From assembly GCA_020720785.1 (NCBI GenBank), contig DYOA01000001.1:195-64194 (forward strand): a stretch of 64,000 bases of DNA. Reading direction: 5' to 3'. The DNA is from Leptospira biflexa. Lineage in GTDB: Bacteria > Spirochaetota > Leptospiria > Turneriellales > DYLW01. Position numbers and translations under genes: made by a program. The notes beneath the pieces were generated by a model. It was not told where the DNA came from, did no database searches, and was given only the letters and a program-made list of their open reading frames with translations. Each line of letters starts with the position of its first letter. Position 1 is the first letter of the stretch. Positions 1 to 9,992 of this stretch are shown here, in pieces.

Positions 1-1
1 G

Positions 2-697
2 CAGATTCCCAAGGATATCCATGAATTTCTGAAGGGTTATTTTCGCTTGGAGATTGCCGGTTGGGATAACATTCCGGAAAATTCCCGTGCCATTATAGTG
101 TCCAACCACTCTAACGCTATGGGAATGGACGCATTCATGATGGGATACTGTCTGAAAAAAAAATACAAAAAGACACCATATACCATGGCACATGAGATGT
201 GGTTTGCCAATGACGTAGTTTCGGATATGATGCGGGTATTCGGTTTGTTTCCACCTGATTTACGGGAGGGTTTGAATGCTTTGAAAAATGACAAGCTGGT
301 TGTTATTTTTCCGGAGGGACCGGACGGGAATTTCAAGGTGAGTTCCAATATGTATAAACTGGTTGATTTCAATCCAGGTTTTGTTCCCATGGCGATCATG
401 CAGAAAGCTCCCGTGATTCCTGCGGTGGTGATTGGTGCGGAGGAAAGTCATTTGAATTTGGCAAAATTCGATGAATTCCGGGATATTATCAAACTTCCCA
501 TTCCTTTTGTGCTGAATTTGATACCGTTTCCGGTCAAGTGGAAGATCAAATTTTTAAAACCCATTGATTTCAGCAAGTATTCCAAAAACGATATTAAGAA
601 TGAAAAATTTGTCCGGGAAATCAACCAGAATATCCGCTACCGGATACAGCATGAAATTAACAAAGAATTAAAACATCGGGAAATAATATTCAAATAA
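2..697 (+). CDS. Glycerolipid acyltransferase family protein (PlsC-like), 5' end cut by window edge
   Basis: Frame is open from nt 2 (the track 'M' at 47 is TTG). The SNHSNAMGMD and VVIFPEGPDG blocks resemble the catalytic and FPEG blocks of lysophospholipid acyltransferases. Confidence 0.6.
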   Translation, partial: QIPKDIHEFLKGYFRLEIAGWDNIPENSRAIIVSNHSNAMGMDAFMMGYCLKKKYKKTPYTMAHEMWFANDVVSDMMRVFGLFPPDLREGLNALKNDKLVVIFPEGPDGNFKVSSNMYKLVDFNPGFVPMAIMQKAPVIPAVVIGAEESHLNLAKFDEFRDIIKLPIPFVLNLIPFPVKWKIKFLKPIDFSKYSKNDIKNEKFVREINQNIRYRIQHEINKELKHREIIFK

Positions 698-706
698 GGG
701 GTTATC

Positions 707-1192
707 ATGGAGCAGACCGAATTTAAAAAAGCAATTCGAAGATTAAAAAGAATCAGAAACCTGACAGTATCCGGATTTATGCAACGGAAAGTCATAACGC
801 TGGATATTTCCGATCTGCTGGCCACAGCGGCAAGGACGTTCATAGAGAATAAAATAAATGGTATTATTGTTATGAAAGACGATAGGCCATACTCTATCCT
901 GACCAGTTGGGATCTTCTCCACCAGAGTTATCTGGAGAGCTTTTCTGATAAAATGGACTATTTGAAAACCCCGTTGGGGGATTTGATTGAGGAGCCTGTG
1001 TTATTTACCATTAAGCCGGAGGATAGCATTGAAACCGTGGCGATATTAATGACAAAAAATAAGATCAAAACCATACCGGTGGTGGAGAACGGGGAGCTGG
1101 TGGGATTGGTATCCATGACCGATGTGGTAAAAGTTTACCACCATTTGATTCTGGAAGACGGCAATATGCGTACCTTTAATGAAATGGCATAA
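707..1192 (+). CDS. CBS-domain pair protein
   Basis: Two CBS-like repeats (VITLDISDLLATAARTFIENKINGIIVM; IKPEDSIETVAILMTKNKIKTIPVVENGELVGLVSMTDVVK). Tightly packed after the upstream gene. Confidence 0.6.
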   Translation: MEQTEFKKAIRRLKRIRNLTVSGFMQRKVITLDISDLLATAARTFIENKINGIIVMKDDRPYSILTSWDLLHQSYLESFSDKMDYLKTPLGDLIEEPVLFTIKPEDSIETVAILMTKNKIKTIPVVENGELVGLVSMTDVVKVYHHLILEDGNMRTFNEMA

Positions 1193-1194
1193 AT

Positions 1195-1728
1195 TTGGAA
1201 ATCCTTTATACACCGGAAAGAATTAAAAATGAAATCCATCGCATGGCGGGGGAGATAAACCGGGATTACCGGGGGGTGGAATATATCAAAGTTGTTGGGC
1301 TTCTTAAAGGGTCGTTTATCTTTATGAGCGATCTCATCCGTGAGCTGGACATGCCCGTTCGGGTTGATTTTATGGAGATTTCCAGTTATGGTAATGAAAT
1401 GGAGAGTTCTGGAAATATAAAGATTGTCAAGGATTTATCCCATGATATTGCCGGGGAGCATGTCCTTGTGGCAGAAGACATCATTGATACCGGCCTGACA
1501 TTGAATCACACCATTTCGCTTCTATTATCCAGGAAGCCCATGTCTTTGAAGATTTCTTCCCTTCTGGTAAAAAGAGAAAAACACCGGTTGAAATATCCCA
1601 TTGACTATCCCGGCATTTTTATGGACAATGTTTTTGTGGTGGGCTACGGAATGGATTCCATGGGGTTCTACCGTAATCTTCCTTACATAGCCCATTTGTC
1701 AGCACCGCAAGAGAAAAAACGGGATTGA
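1195..1728 (+). CDS. hpt: Hypoxanthine-guanine phosphoribosyltransferase
   Basis: PRPP-binding loop VLVAEDIIDTGLTL, 177 aa, GYGMD near C-terminus. TTG start 3 nt after the CBS stop. Confidence 0.85.
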   Translation: MEILYTPERIKNEIHRMAGEINRDYRGVEYIKVVGLLKGSFIFMSDLIRELDMPVRVDFMEISSYGNEMESSGNIKIVKDLSHDIAGEHVLVAEDIIDTGLTLNHTISLLLSRKPMSLKISSLLVKREKHRLKYPIDYPGIFMDNVFVVGYGMDSMGFYRNLPYIAHLSAPQEKKRD

Positions 1729-1729
1729 A

Positions 1730-2311
1730 ATGGTTATTCGGGAAATATCCACCCAAAGCCGGGAGTTTATTGAAGAGGCCACAGGATTTTTAAGAGGTGA
1801 TCAGATTGTGGCTGGTCCCAGCGACACCATTTACGGAATGTTCATGAGATTTTCTCTGCAAAATGCAAAAAGTCTCCATCAGATAAAAAAAAGGGATCAG
1901 CGTAAACCGTTTCTGGTTATTCTTCCGGAAAAGGAAAACCCTTTAACCCTTGCGGAAGAAATCCGGGACAGTGAAAAAAGTAATTTTATTATAGGGAAAT
2001 GGCCTGGAAAAAACACTCTGGTGTTACGGAAAAAAAACGGGATACCATACCCGCCGGAAAGTACCATCGCCCTCCGGAAACCAGCCCGGTTGGACAATCC
2101 ATGGTTTTATGAAGTGGTGAACGCCCTGGGATTCCCCATTCTGGCCCCATCTCTGAATATAACCGGAGAAGAGCCAATGGTTGATCCGGGAGAGGTGGAG
2201 AGCGTTTTTTCCGGTTCCATTGCGGCATTCTATTATGATCCGGAATGGAAAAATTCAATTGCTTCCCGGATATACGACCTCACCGGAGAGAATATTATTC
2301 CGTTGCGTTAA
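1730..2311 (+). CDS. tsaC: L-threonylcarbamoyladenylate synthase (YrdC/TsaC family)
   Basis: YrdC-domain motifs PSDTIYGM, KRDQRKPFLVIL, APSLNITGEEP. Starts 2 nt after the hpt stop. Confidence 0.75.
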   Translation: MVIREISTQSREFIEEATGFLRGDQIVAGPSDTIYGMFMRFSLQNAKSLHQIKKRDQRKPFLVILPEKENPLTLAEEIRDSEKSNFIIGKWPGKNTLVLRKKNGIPYPPESTIALRKPARLDNPWFYEVVNALGFPILAPSLNITGEEPMVDPGEVESVFSGSIAAFYYDPEWKNSIASRIYDLTGENIIPLR

Positions 2312-5039
2312 CGGTGATTTTCTCCTGTATTTCCCTTGCTTTTTTATTATCCGGTTCCACGTTGAGCACTTCCTGGAGCATTTTCTCCGCACGGGATGGG
2401 TTTTTCATTGCCCGGTAAATTTCTGCTAAAAGGATCAGGTTTTTGATATTGCCGGGTTGACGGAGCCGGAGCCGTTCTCCAATGTCTGCCGCCAGATTCA
2501 TTTTTCTGGAATAGAAAGAGGAGAGAGCAGCGTAGTAAATAAATTCATTATATCCCGGATGCATGTCAATGAAGCGGCAGGAATACATTTGAGCTTCCGG
2601 ATATTTTTTTAATTTTATCAGGCTCCGGATCAGGATCATCCAGATTTCCGGCAGGCGGGGTATGGAAAGGCTGCTTTCAATAAGGTGAATGGCTCTTTCA
2701 TATCTTTTTTCTATGAAAGCCTCCTGTACCAAGCGCAGGATTCTGTGTTCATTTTCATCGACCGGCACGGGTTGGATCCGGGATTCCAGGCGGAGTAGCG
2801 AGAGATCATCGGTGATGTCCCCGGCTTTTTTTATTTCTTCCACAACCCGGAGAATATCTCCATCCGCATTTTCCACATGTCTCAGAAATGCGAATTCATC
2901 TTCATTGATAATCCGCTGGTTTTCCTGTCCCATGCCCAGTAGAAGGTCATCCCTTCCGTCAGAGCCAATGATCAGGATGTCATTATATTGCAATTCAAAG
3001 GTGCGTATCCAGATTTTTTTCTTAACCCCTTGCGTGCCCAGTTTATGAAATGTCATTTCATCTTCAATGAAACCGGCCGTTTTATCCCGGTAGAGGACTG
3101 TCCACGGATGTTCCGCATTAATCATATAAATAAATCCATTTTCCTCATCCACCAGACCAAAGACGCAGGAAATGAGCATGGAGCCGTCAAAGCTTTCAAA
3201 TACTTTCTGCAATTCCACAAATATATTCCGCAACCATTTTTCCGGAAAAAGATTTTTTTCCACTGCGGAAAGAAGGGTTCTTTCTGTCACAGATTTCAGA
3301 ACGGCCCCCAGCACCAGGATGCCACCCGCACCCTGCATAGATTTCCCCATGGCATCCGCATTCAGAAACAGGGTGTATGGTTTTCCCCGCAGATCCAGCG
3401 AGTGGGCAAAGCAGATATCCCCTCCAATTTCTTTCTCCCATCGGCGGAATCTGAATTTCTTTTTTTCTTCCACAAAGAAATCCACTTTAATTTTATCATT
3501 ATGGGCGTAATTGGAATTGAGGGGATCAATCAGAAGGGAAGTCAGGAAATAATCCCCATCCTGCTGGACTTTGAGAGAGTTTACATGTTCCAAGGTTTCA
3601 GCAAGTTCGTTGGTTCTTTCCTCCACTTTTTTTTCCAGATTCTGGTTCAGGTCTTCCACTTGTTTATATACATTCAGAAACCGGTTTGCCAGGGACACGG
3701 CAATGCCCATCACAAAAACAAAGAACCCAAATTGGGTCAATGTGATTCCCGTGTGGAAAATGGCGGCTTCCAGAATATCATAGGCCACTGTTATCATGAG
3801 AACAACAACCCCTATGATCAGATTTCCAGCTCCGGTGAGAGCGAAGGTATTCGCCAGTGACTTGAAAATCTTCCTCCTCCCAAATTCCTTTTTATACTGG
3901 GAAATGTACCCTTTGAATTCAAAAATTAACCGGGAAAATGTTGCGTATAGAATATAGAAAAGAACAAAAATCATGGAAAAATGCCATGTCCTCAGAATAT
4001 TGTTGGATATTCTGAGGGAACCGGTGATTGTGAGGATTATGATTGTTGCTGTGCTGAGCAGGAGTGCCCAGATGAAATATACTTTGGAAAAACGGGAGAG
4101 TCTACCCGTCAGATATCTATCCACAAAAAACAGAAAGGATATGACAATCAGATATAAAACTACCAACTCCACAAGATACAGAAAAAAAGTAGCATGAATG
4201 AATGCTTCGTGCACCACATTTGCCCGCATCAAAAGATAAATGAACAGACCGATGCCATACAAGCCAAAATCCAGATTATATTTTTCTTTGGGACGCCGCA
4301 GATACAGCAGAATGTGGTACAGCCCCACAATCAGGTATGAAAAAATAAAGACCAGATCCAGGGTTTTATCCCTTAATTTCAGCAGGTCTTCATAATTGCC
4401 CAGAATCTGTTCATTGGCCATAGTATATCCGCTGAAATCGCTCAGTGGGTCGCTGAATATATGGACCACCAGATAATTATCCCCTTTTTTGAGGATATTT
4501 TTATCCACTGCGGAATGGATATACCTGGTATTATAAGTCCTTGGCTTTGCCTCCGGAGATTCGTTACTATCAATTTGGCTGGTGATTTTTTGTCCGTTCA
4601 AATAGATTTCCCAGCCGGTTCCCAGGCTGGTGATAAAAAAGGACGGATTGACTAGGGCGTTATATTCGGCTTCAGTGATTTTAAACGGAGTGATATAGGT
4701 AAAATGCATGGATTTAAAAAAACCAAATTTATAGAAGCCGGCTTTGGGCAGGCCTTCAAAATGAAAATGGGAAAGGGGGGCCAGTTTACGGCCGGTATCG
4801 GTGGCGGGCAGTTTATAGATATTTTTTCCATTTTTCTTATCTTTTTCTTCCTGCAGTTGCTTTTCCAGATTCTGAATCAGTGTGTTGTTTTTCATGCCAT
4901 TGTGCAGATAATCCGCATCAAATCCCCGGATCACGTATGTATCATTGCGGTTGAGGTCAATATTGACCGAGCCCGCATGAAGAAGGGAGGAATGAAAAAG
5001 AACCAGAAAAAAAATGAAGATTTGTTTTCTTCTATTCAC
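2295..5039 (-). CDS. 7TMR-DISM membrane sensor fused to PP2C/SpoIIE-type Ser phosphatase and C-terminal TPR repeats
   Basis: Signal peptide, extracellular domain, about 7 TM helices, coiled coil, PP2C block (GGDICFAH...NADAMGKSMQGAG...IIGSDGRDD), TPR-like C-terminus. Confidence 0.7.
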   Translation of the reverse strand: MNRRKQIFIFFLVLFHSSLLHAGSVNIDLNRNDTYVIRGFDADYLHNGMKNNTLIQNLEKQLQEEKDKKNGKNIYKLPATDTGRKLAPLSHFHFEGLPKAGFYKFGFFKSMHFTYITPFKITEAEYNALVNPSFFITSLGTGWEIYLNGQKITSQIDSNESPEAKPRTYNTRYIHSAVDKNILKKGDNYLVVHIFSDPLSDFSGYTMANEQILGNYEDLLKLRDKTLDLVFIFSYLIVGLYHILLYLRRPKEKYNLDFGLYGIGLFIYLLMRANVVHEAFIHATFFLYLVELVVLYLIVISFLFFVDRYLTGRLSRFSKVYFIWALLLSTATIIILTITGSLRISNNILRTWHFSMIFVLFYILYATFSRLIFEFKGYISQYKKEFGRRKIFKSLANTFALTGAGNLIIGVVVLMITVAYDILEAAIFHTGITLTQFGFFVFVMGIAVSLANRFLNVYKQVEDLNQNLEKKVEERTNELAETLEHVNSLKVQQDGDYFLTSLLIDPLNSNYAHNDKIKVDFFVEEKKKFRFRRWEKEIGGDICFAHSLDLRGKPYTLFLNADAMGKSMQGAGGILVLGAVLKSVTERTLLSAVEKNLFPEKWLRNIFVELQKVFESFDGSMLISCVFGLVDEENGFIYMINAEHPWTVLYRDKTAGFIEDEMTFHKLGTQGVKKKIWIRTFELQYNDILIIGSDGRDDLLLGMGQENQRIINEDEFAFLRHVENADGDILRVVEEIKKAGDITDDLSLLRLESRIQPVPVDENEHRILRLVQEAFIEKRYERAIHLIESSLSIPRLPEIWMILIRSLIKLKKYPEAQMYSCRFIDMHPGYNEFIYYAALSSFYSRKMNLAADIGERLRLRQPGNIKNLILLAEIYRAMKNPSRAEKMLQEVLNVEPDNKKAREIQEKITVNATE

Positions 5040-5327
5040 AAACTATCCTTGGTTTTAATATGCTACCTACCTATTTATATGCTCTGTCTTATGTCAAGAT
5101 GATTATTCATTGGACGGGCTTTTTTGAAGAAAATAAAGAATCCACCATTTTCGATGAAAAATGGAATAAAAAAATATTGACGAAGCATTTGGCTTTGCCG
5201 AGAATAGCTTTGGCTATACGTTAGGAAGAAAGATTCGTCACACCGTTTAATCCCCCGAAAAACCATTTTTCTGTTTAAACTTGGTGGGAAATCTTGATCT
5301 AACTCGCCGTAAACGTAAGGAGTTAAA

Positions 5328-5528
5328 ATGCAAGGAACAGTAAAATGGTTTAACAACCAAAAGGGTTATGGATTTATTGAAAAAGCGGACGGAGGGGATA
5401 TCTTTGTCCACCATAGTGGCATCGCCAAGTCCGGATTCCGTTCATTGGAGCCCGGAGTGAAGGTAGATTTTGAGATAGAAGAAACCCCCAAAGGCCCAAG
5501 GGCTGTATCCGTTAAAGAAGTATCCTGA
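5328..5528 (+). CDS. cspA: Cold-shock protein (CspA family)
   Basis: MQGTVKWFNNQKGYGFIE...FVHHS (RNP1/RNP2), 66 aa. AAGGAG SD 7 nt upstream. Confidence 0.95.
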   Translation: MQGTVKWFNNQKGYGFIEKADGGDIFVHHSGIAKSGFRSLEPGVKVDFEIEETPKGPRAVSVKEVS

Positions 5529-5550
5529 TCCAGTTAAGTTGTAACGATAA

Positions 5551-5584
5551 AAAACGATGAAGATGGCCTCTTCATCGTTTTTTT
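5551..5584 (+). terminator. Rho-independent terminator of cspA
   Basis: Perfect 13-bp stem AAAACGATGAAGA / TCTTCATCGTTTT with 5-nt loop, followed by a T-run. Confidence 0.8.
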
Positions 5585-5615
5585 CTTGACCCATTCAAAA
5601 AAACAACTTTCATGG

Positions 5616-7163
5616 ATGGCCATGAATTCGATTAAAAATCATCCACAGAAAAAATCTGTAATTATCATTGGAGGGGGACTTGCGGGGCTTTCCGCCGGGG
5701 TTTACCTCCAGAAAAACGGGTATTCCACGCAGATATTTGAAATGCATTCCCTGCCAGGGGGACAGTGCACCTCCTGGAAAAGGGGGTCTTTTACGTTCGA
5801 TGGATGTGCCCATTGGGTGATTGGCTCCCGGGAAGGGGAGATTTTTTATGATATGTGGAAAGATCTGGGGGTGATGCGGTCCACCCGGTTTCTGGATCAT
5901 GATATTTATGGAATTTTCTCTTTTCCGGATGGGGATGTCACCGTTTATACGGATGCGGAAAGGCTTCGGCAGGAGTTCCTGAAAATTGCTCCGGAGGATG
6001 CGGAGGAAATTGAGGTTTTCACCCGTGCCATTAAAGCCACAGCCGGTATCCACCTGCCGGATTCCCTGGTCATGCTGGAAAAAAATCCGGTGAGCCGTTT
6101 TTTTGCCAATATGGTTTTTATGGTAAAAATTCTGCCGGTGATGAAATGGGCAAAAGTAAAAAGTCGGGATTATGCAAAAAAATTCCGGAATCACAAAATG
6201 CGGGCCATAATCTCCAATCTGTTTCTTCCGGATTTTTCCATGATGTTCAATCTGTTTACGCTTGCCTGGTTGCGGAATAAAAATGCCGGGTATCCATTGG
6301 GTGGCTCTCTGGAGTTTTCCCGTTCCATAGAAAAAGAGTATCTTGCTGCGGGAGGCCAAATCCACTATAAGCAGAAAGTGGAAAAAATTCTGGTGGAAAA
6401 TATTGGGGGAAAAGACACCGCAACGGGTATCCAAACTGCAAAAGGAAAAACCCATAGGGCAGATTATGTAATTTCAGCCGCGGACGGGCATTTTACCATC
6501 GAAAATCTTCTGGAAAACCGTTTCCACCACCCCCGGTTAAAAAAAGCATGGGATAAACTGCCGCTGTTTCCACCGCTTTTTTATATTTCCCTGGGGATAA
6601 AGGGAACTCTGGAAGATCCAAAATCTGTGAGCGGGCGTTCCATTGTTCCGGATGAACCCATTCGCATTGCGGATCGGGTTCTGGATTATTTTCTGGTCCA
6701 TACCATGGATTATGATCCGCATCTGGCACCCAAAGGAAAATCCATCCTTTCCATTATGATCAATACAGATTATGATTACTGGGAATCTCTGTACCAGAAA
6801 GGGAAAAAAGAGTATGAAAAAGCGAAGGAAAAAGGGGCAAAGACAATCATTGATTATCTGGATAAGAAAATTTATCCCGGATTAAAAAAGCGAATTGAAA
6901 AAACCGATATTGCCACTCCGCTCACCTGGGTGCATTATACCGGGGTTCACCGTGGAGCCTATGAGGGAATCCAGCTGACACCGGATATTTTTGAGACCGG
7001 ATTTTCCCTGCCCCGGCAGTTGAAAAATCTGGAAAATTTTTATCTGGCCGGCCAATGGATTGAGCCGGGCGGTGGCATGCCGGTGGCAGCCAATTCGGGT
7101 AGGATGACGGCGTTTTTTATATGTAAAAAAGATAAGAAGAAATTCCAGCACGGCTTTTCCTGA
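5616..7163 (+). CDS. FAD-dependent oxidoreductase (phytoene desaturase/amine oxidase-like family)
   Basis: N-terminal dinucleotide fold VIIIGGGLAGLSAGVYL..G; length and C-terminal AGQW..PGGG block fit the CrtI-like family. The track TTG at 5586 abuts the cspA terminator, so Met 5616 is preferred. Confidence 0.7.
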   Translation: MAMNSIKNHPQKKSVIIIGGGLAGLSAGVYLQKNGYSTQIFEMHSLPGGQCTSWKRGSFTFDGCAHWVIGSREGEIFYDMWKDLGVMRSTRFLDHDIYGIFSFPDGDVTVYTDAERLRQEFLKIAPEDAEEIEVFTRAIKATAGIHLPDSLVMLEKNPVSRFFANMVFMVKILPVMKWAKVKSRDYAKKFRNHKMRAIISNLFLPDFSMMFNLFTLAWLRNKNAGYPLGGSLEFSRSIEKEYLAAGGQIHYKQKVEKILVENIGGKDTATGIQTAKGKTHRADYVISAADGHFTIENLLENRFHHPRLKKAWDKLPLFPPLFYISLGIKGTLEDPKSVSGRSIVPDEPIRIADRVLDYFLVHTMDYDPHLAPKGKSILSIMINTDYDYWESLYQKGKKEYEKAKEKGAKTIIDYLDKKIYPGLKKRIEKTDIATPLTWVHYTGVHRGAYEGIQLTPDIFETGFSLPRQLKNLENFYLAGQWIEPGGGMPVAANSGRMTAFFICKKDKKKFQHGFS

Positions 7164-7200
7164 TATTACTATCCTTTACGCCACTTTTCCGTTTTTATGA

Positions 7201-8454
7201 ATGGAATACGGAAGAACTATGAAGGAAATTTTGCAACTATTTTTCCATTGGATGCAGACTTACATAGCTGTTCGGTACATTGTTATTTTCTTGCTGCTGG
7301 CCATTCTGATGTATAACAGTTTCTGGATAACAAGAAAAGTGCTGCTGGCTGCTTCACATCTTATGGTGGCCAAAACTAAAACCAAATGGGACGATGTGCT
7401 GTGTGATCGGAATTTCTTCTCCCGTTTGGCAAACATCTCTCCTGCCATCATTGTCTATTACACATCCATGTATTTTCCCGAATACGCAATCTTTTTCCAG
7501 AAAGCAGCCTATATTTATACCATAATTATTTTTCTTCTGGTCATGGATTCTTTCTTGAATGCGGCTAATGATATTTATGAAGGTTATGAAATATCCCGGT
7601 ATAGGCCCATCAAATCATTTCTGGAAATTTTTAAAATTATCTTTATTATTATTGGGATTATCATAATTGTATCCATATTGATTAATAAGTCCCCATGGGT
7701 TATTCTGAGCGGTTTGGGTGCTTTGATGGCTGTGGTTATCCTGGTTTTCCGGGATACCATTTTGTCCTTTGTGGCAAGTATCAAAATATCCTCCACAAAT
7801 CTACTGAAGAGAGGTGATTGGATTGAGATGCCTCAGTTTGGGGCAGATGGAGAGGTAATAGATATATCTTTGAATACAATCCAAATCCAGAATTGGGATA
7901 AAACCATTGTATCCATTCCCACATATAAATTTCTGGACGAATCTTTTAAAAACTGGCGGGGTATGCAGGAATCCTCCGGGCGCCGCATTAAAAGAGCGGT
8001 TAACATAGATATATCCACAATCCGATACGCTGATGACGCATTGAAAAAAAATCTGGGTAAAATCCATTATCTGAAGAAAATTCTGGAAGAGAAAGAAAAG
8101 GAAATTGCCGAATATAACAAAAAAAATAAAACAGATGTCCGGATGTCCGTCAACGGACGGCGTTTGACAAACATCGGCCTTCTTCGTTATTATATCCGGG
8201 AATATCTTCATCATGATCCGGCCATCAGCAAAAAAATGACTTTTCTGGTGCGGCAGCTTGCACCCACATCCAAGGGGCTTCCTCTGGAAATATATGTCTT
8301 TTCCAATGATAAAATATGGGAAAATTATGAGGATATTCAATCCGATATTTTTGATCATATTCTGGCGGCCATACCATATTTTGATTTGCGTGTTTTTCAG
8401 GAACCTTCCGGAAACAGTTTTCAAAAGCTCATTGGAGGAAAAAAAGCCGAATGA
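7201..8454 (+). CDS. Mechanosensitive ion channel (MscS family)
   Basis: TM helices followed by the MscS core (VFRDTILSFVASIKI...KRGDWIEM...GEVIDISLNTIQIQNWDKTIVSIPTYKF). Confidence 0.8.
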   Translation: MEYGRTMKEILQLFFHWMQTYIAVRYIVIFLLLAILMYNSFWITRKVLLAASHLMVAKTKTKWDDVLCDRNFFSRLANISPAIIVYYTSMYFPEYAIFFQKAAYIYTIIIFLLVMDSFLNAANDIYEGYEISRYRPIKSFLEIFKIIFIIIGIIIIVSILINKSPWVILSGLGALMAVVILVFRDTILSFVASIKISSTNLLKRGDWIEMPQFGADGEVIDISLNTIQIQNWDKTIVSIPTYKFLDESFKNWRGMQESSGRRIKRAVNIDISTIRYADDALKKNLGKIHYLKKILEEKEKEIAEYNKKNKTDVRMSVNGRRLTNIGLLRYYIREYLHHDPAISKKMTFLVRQLAPTSKGLPLEIYVFSNDKIWENYEDIQSDIFDHILAAIPYFDLRVFQEPSGNSFQKLIGGKKAE

Positions 8455-9992
8455 AAAAAGTAAGAACCAGATTTGCTCCGTCTCCCACCGGAACCCTCCA
8501 CTTTGGGGGAGCACGCACCGCCCTGTTTAATTATTTATACGCAAAAGCCACCGGCGGGGATTTTCTTCTGCGGATTGAGGACACAGACCAGAACCGCTCC
8601 ACAGAAGACAGCTACCGGGAAATGGTGGATTCTCTTCGGTGGCTGGGGCTGGACTGGGACGAGGGTGTGGAAGTGGGCGGACCATTCGGGCCATACCGCC
8701 AGTCCGAACGCAAGGAAATATATCTGAACTATGCAAAAGAGCTGCTGGAAAAGGATCTGGCATATCCTTGTTTCTGCTCCGCAGAGGAACTGGAACAGAA
8801 AAAGGAAGCCCAGCTCAAAGAGGGGAAAGATCCGGTTTATGATGGAACCTGCCGCCACCTTTCTGTCCAGGAACGGGAAGAAAAAATTGCCCGTGGTGAG
8901 CCCCATGTGATCCGCCTGAAAAACCCCGGATCCCATTATCTCATAAACGACGCAGTGCAGGGGGATGTCCGGTTTGACGTCTCCATTTACGGGGATTTTA
9001 TTCTCATCAAGTCCGATGGGTTTCCATCCTACAACTTTGCGGTGGTGATGGATGACCATGATATGGAAATTACCCATGTGATCCGGGGAGTGGGGCATCT
9101 TTCCAATACTCCCCGCCAGCTTGCCGTGTATGAGGCTTTTGGCTGGCAGCCGCCGGAATGGGCACATGTGAGTGAGATTGTGGGTAGCGACCGGAAAAAA
9201 CTCTCCAAGCGGCATGGCTCCGCTTCCGTGATGACCTTCCGGGATCTGGGCTACCCCAGGGAAGCGTTGATTAATTATATGTCTCTTCTGGGCTGGTCCC
9301 CCGGAAATGATGTGGAGTTCATGAAGCAGGAGGAACTCCAGTCTGTCTTTGATATAAAAAGGTGCGTGAAAAGTCCCGCTGTTTTTGATGTGTTTGATTT
9401 AAAAAAAACTCCGCAGAAAGAATGGACGGATATGAATCTGGATGATTTCCGGAGCCTTCTTTTTGATAAATCCAAGCTGAACCACCTTTCTGCTGTGCAT
9501 ATCCGGTCGATGGATGAGGATGCCTATATCCGGTTATCGCTGCCGTGGATTGCCCGGATTGGGTTTATTCCGGATGCGGACAAGGATGGACCATCCCCTG
9601 AATTAAGAGAACGTCTGCTGAAAATCCGGCCGTATATGCACCGCTTGGAACAGAGCCGGGATCTTCTGGCCGTTTTTTATCTGGATTTCAATCCGGCGGA
9701 TTTTTCCCCGGAACAAAAGGAGATGATCCACGGGGAAAAGGTAATTCCTCTGCTGGAAGCGTTCCGGGATCATCTGAATGCCATCCAGCCCTGGGCAGGG
9801 GAAAACCTGAAAAAAGCGGTGAGCCTCTCCGGAGAATCTGCCGGGGTCAAAGGAAAAGAACTATTCATCCCCCTGCGACTTGCGGTGACCGGAAAGGAGC
9901 ATGGGATGGAATTCAATGTATTCATGGAACTCCTGGGGAAAGAGAAAACCCTGGCCAATCTGGAAAGAATGATTACCCATCTGAAATCATAG
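8451..9992 (+). CDS. gltX: Glutamate--tRNA ligase
   Basis: Class I HIGH (PSPTGTLHFGGAR) and KMSKS (KLSKR) motifs. ATGA overlap with the mscS stop. Confidence 0.95.
   Translation: MKKVRTRFAPSPTGTLHFGGARTALFNYLYAKATGGDFLLRIEDTDQNRSTEDSYREMVDSLRWLGLDWDEGVEVGGPFGPYRQSERKEIYLNYAKELLEKDLAYPCFCSAEELEQKKEAQLKEGKDPVYDGTCRHLSVQEREEKIARGEPHVIRLKNPGSHYLINDAVQGDVRFDVSIYGDFILIKSDGFPSYNFAVVMDDHDMEITHVIRGVGHLSNTPRQLAVYEAFGWQPPEWAHVSEIVGSDRKKLSKRHGSASVMTFRDLGYPREALINYMSLLGWSPGNDVEFMKQEELQSVFDIKRCVKSPAVFDVFDLKKTPQKEWTDMNLDDFRSLLFDKSKLNHLSAVHIRSMDEDAYIRLSLPWIARIGFIPDADKDGPSPELRERLLKIRPYMHRLEQSRDLLAVFYLDFNPADFSPEQKEMIHGEKVIPLLEAFRDHLNAIQPWAGENLKKAVSLSGESAGVKGKELFIPLRLAVTGKEHGMEFNVFMELLGKEKTLANLERMITHLKS

Noticed and set aside
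5610-6455. 281-aa minus-strand ORF opposite the FAD oxidoreductase. Similar long shadow ORFs are at 2988-3860, 7801-8514, 8535-9215, 12033-12818 and 13456-14343.
   Set aside because: Each lies antisense to a gene with clear family motifs. The products are Gly/Pro/Phe-rich with no recognisable domains. They are shadow ORFs typical of this codon bias.
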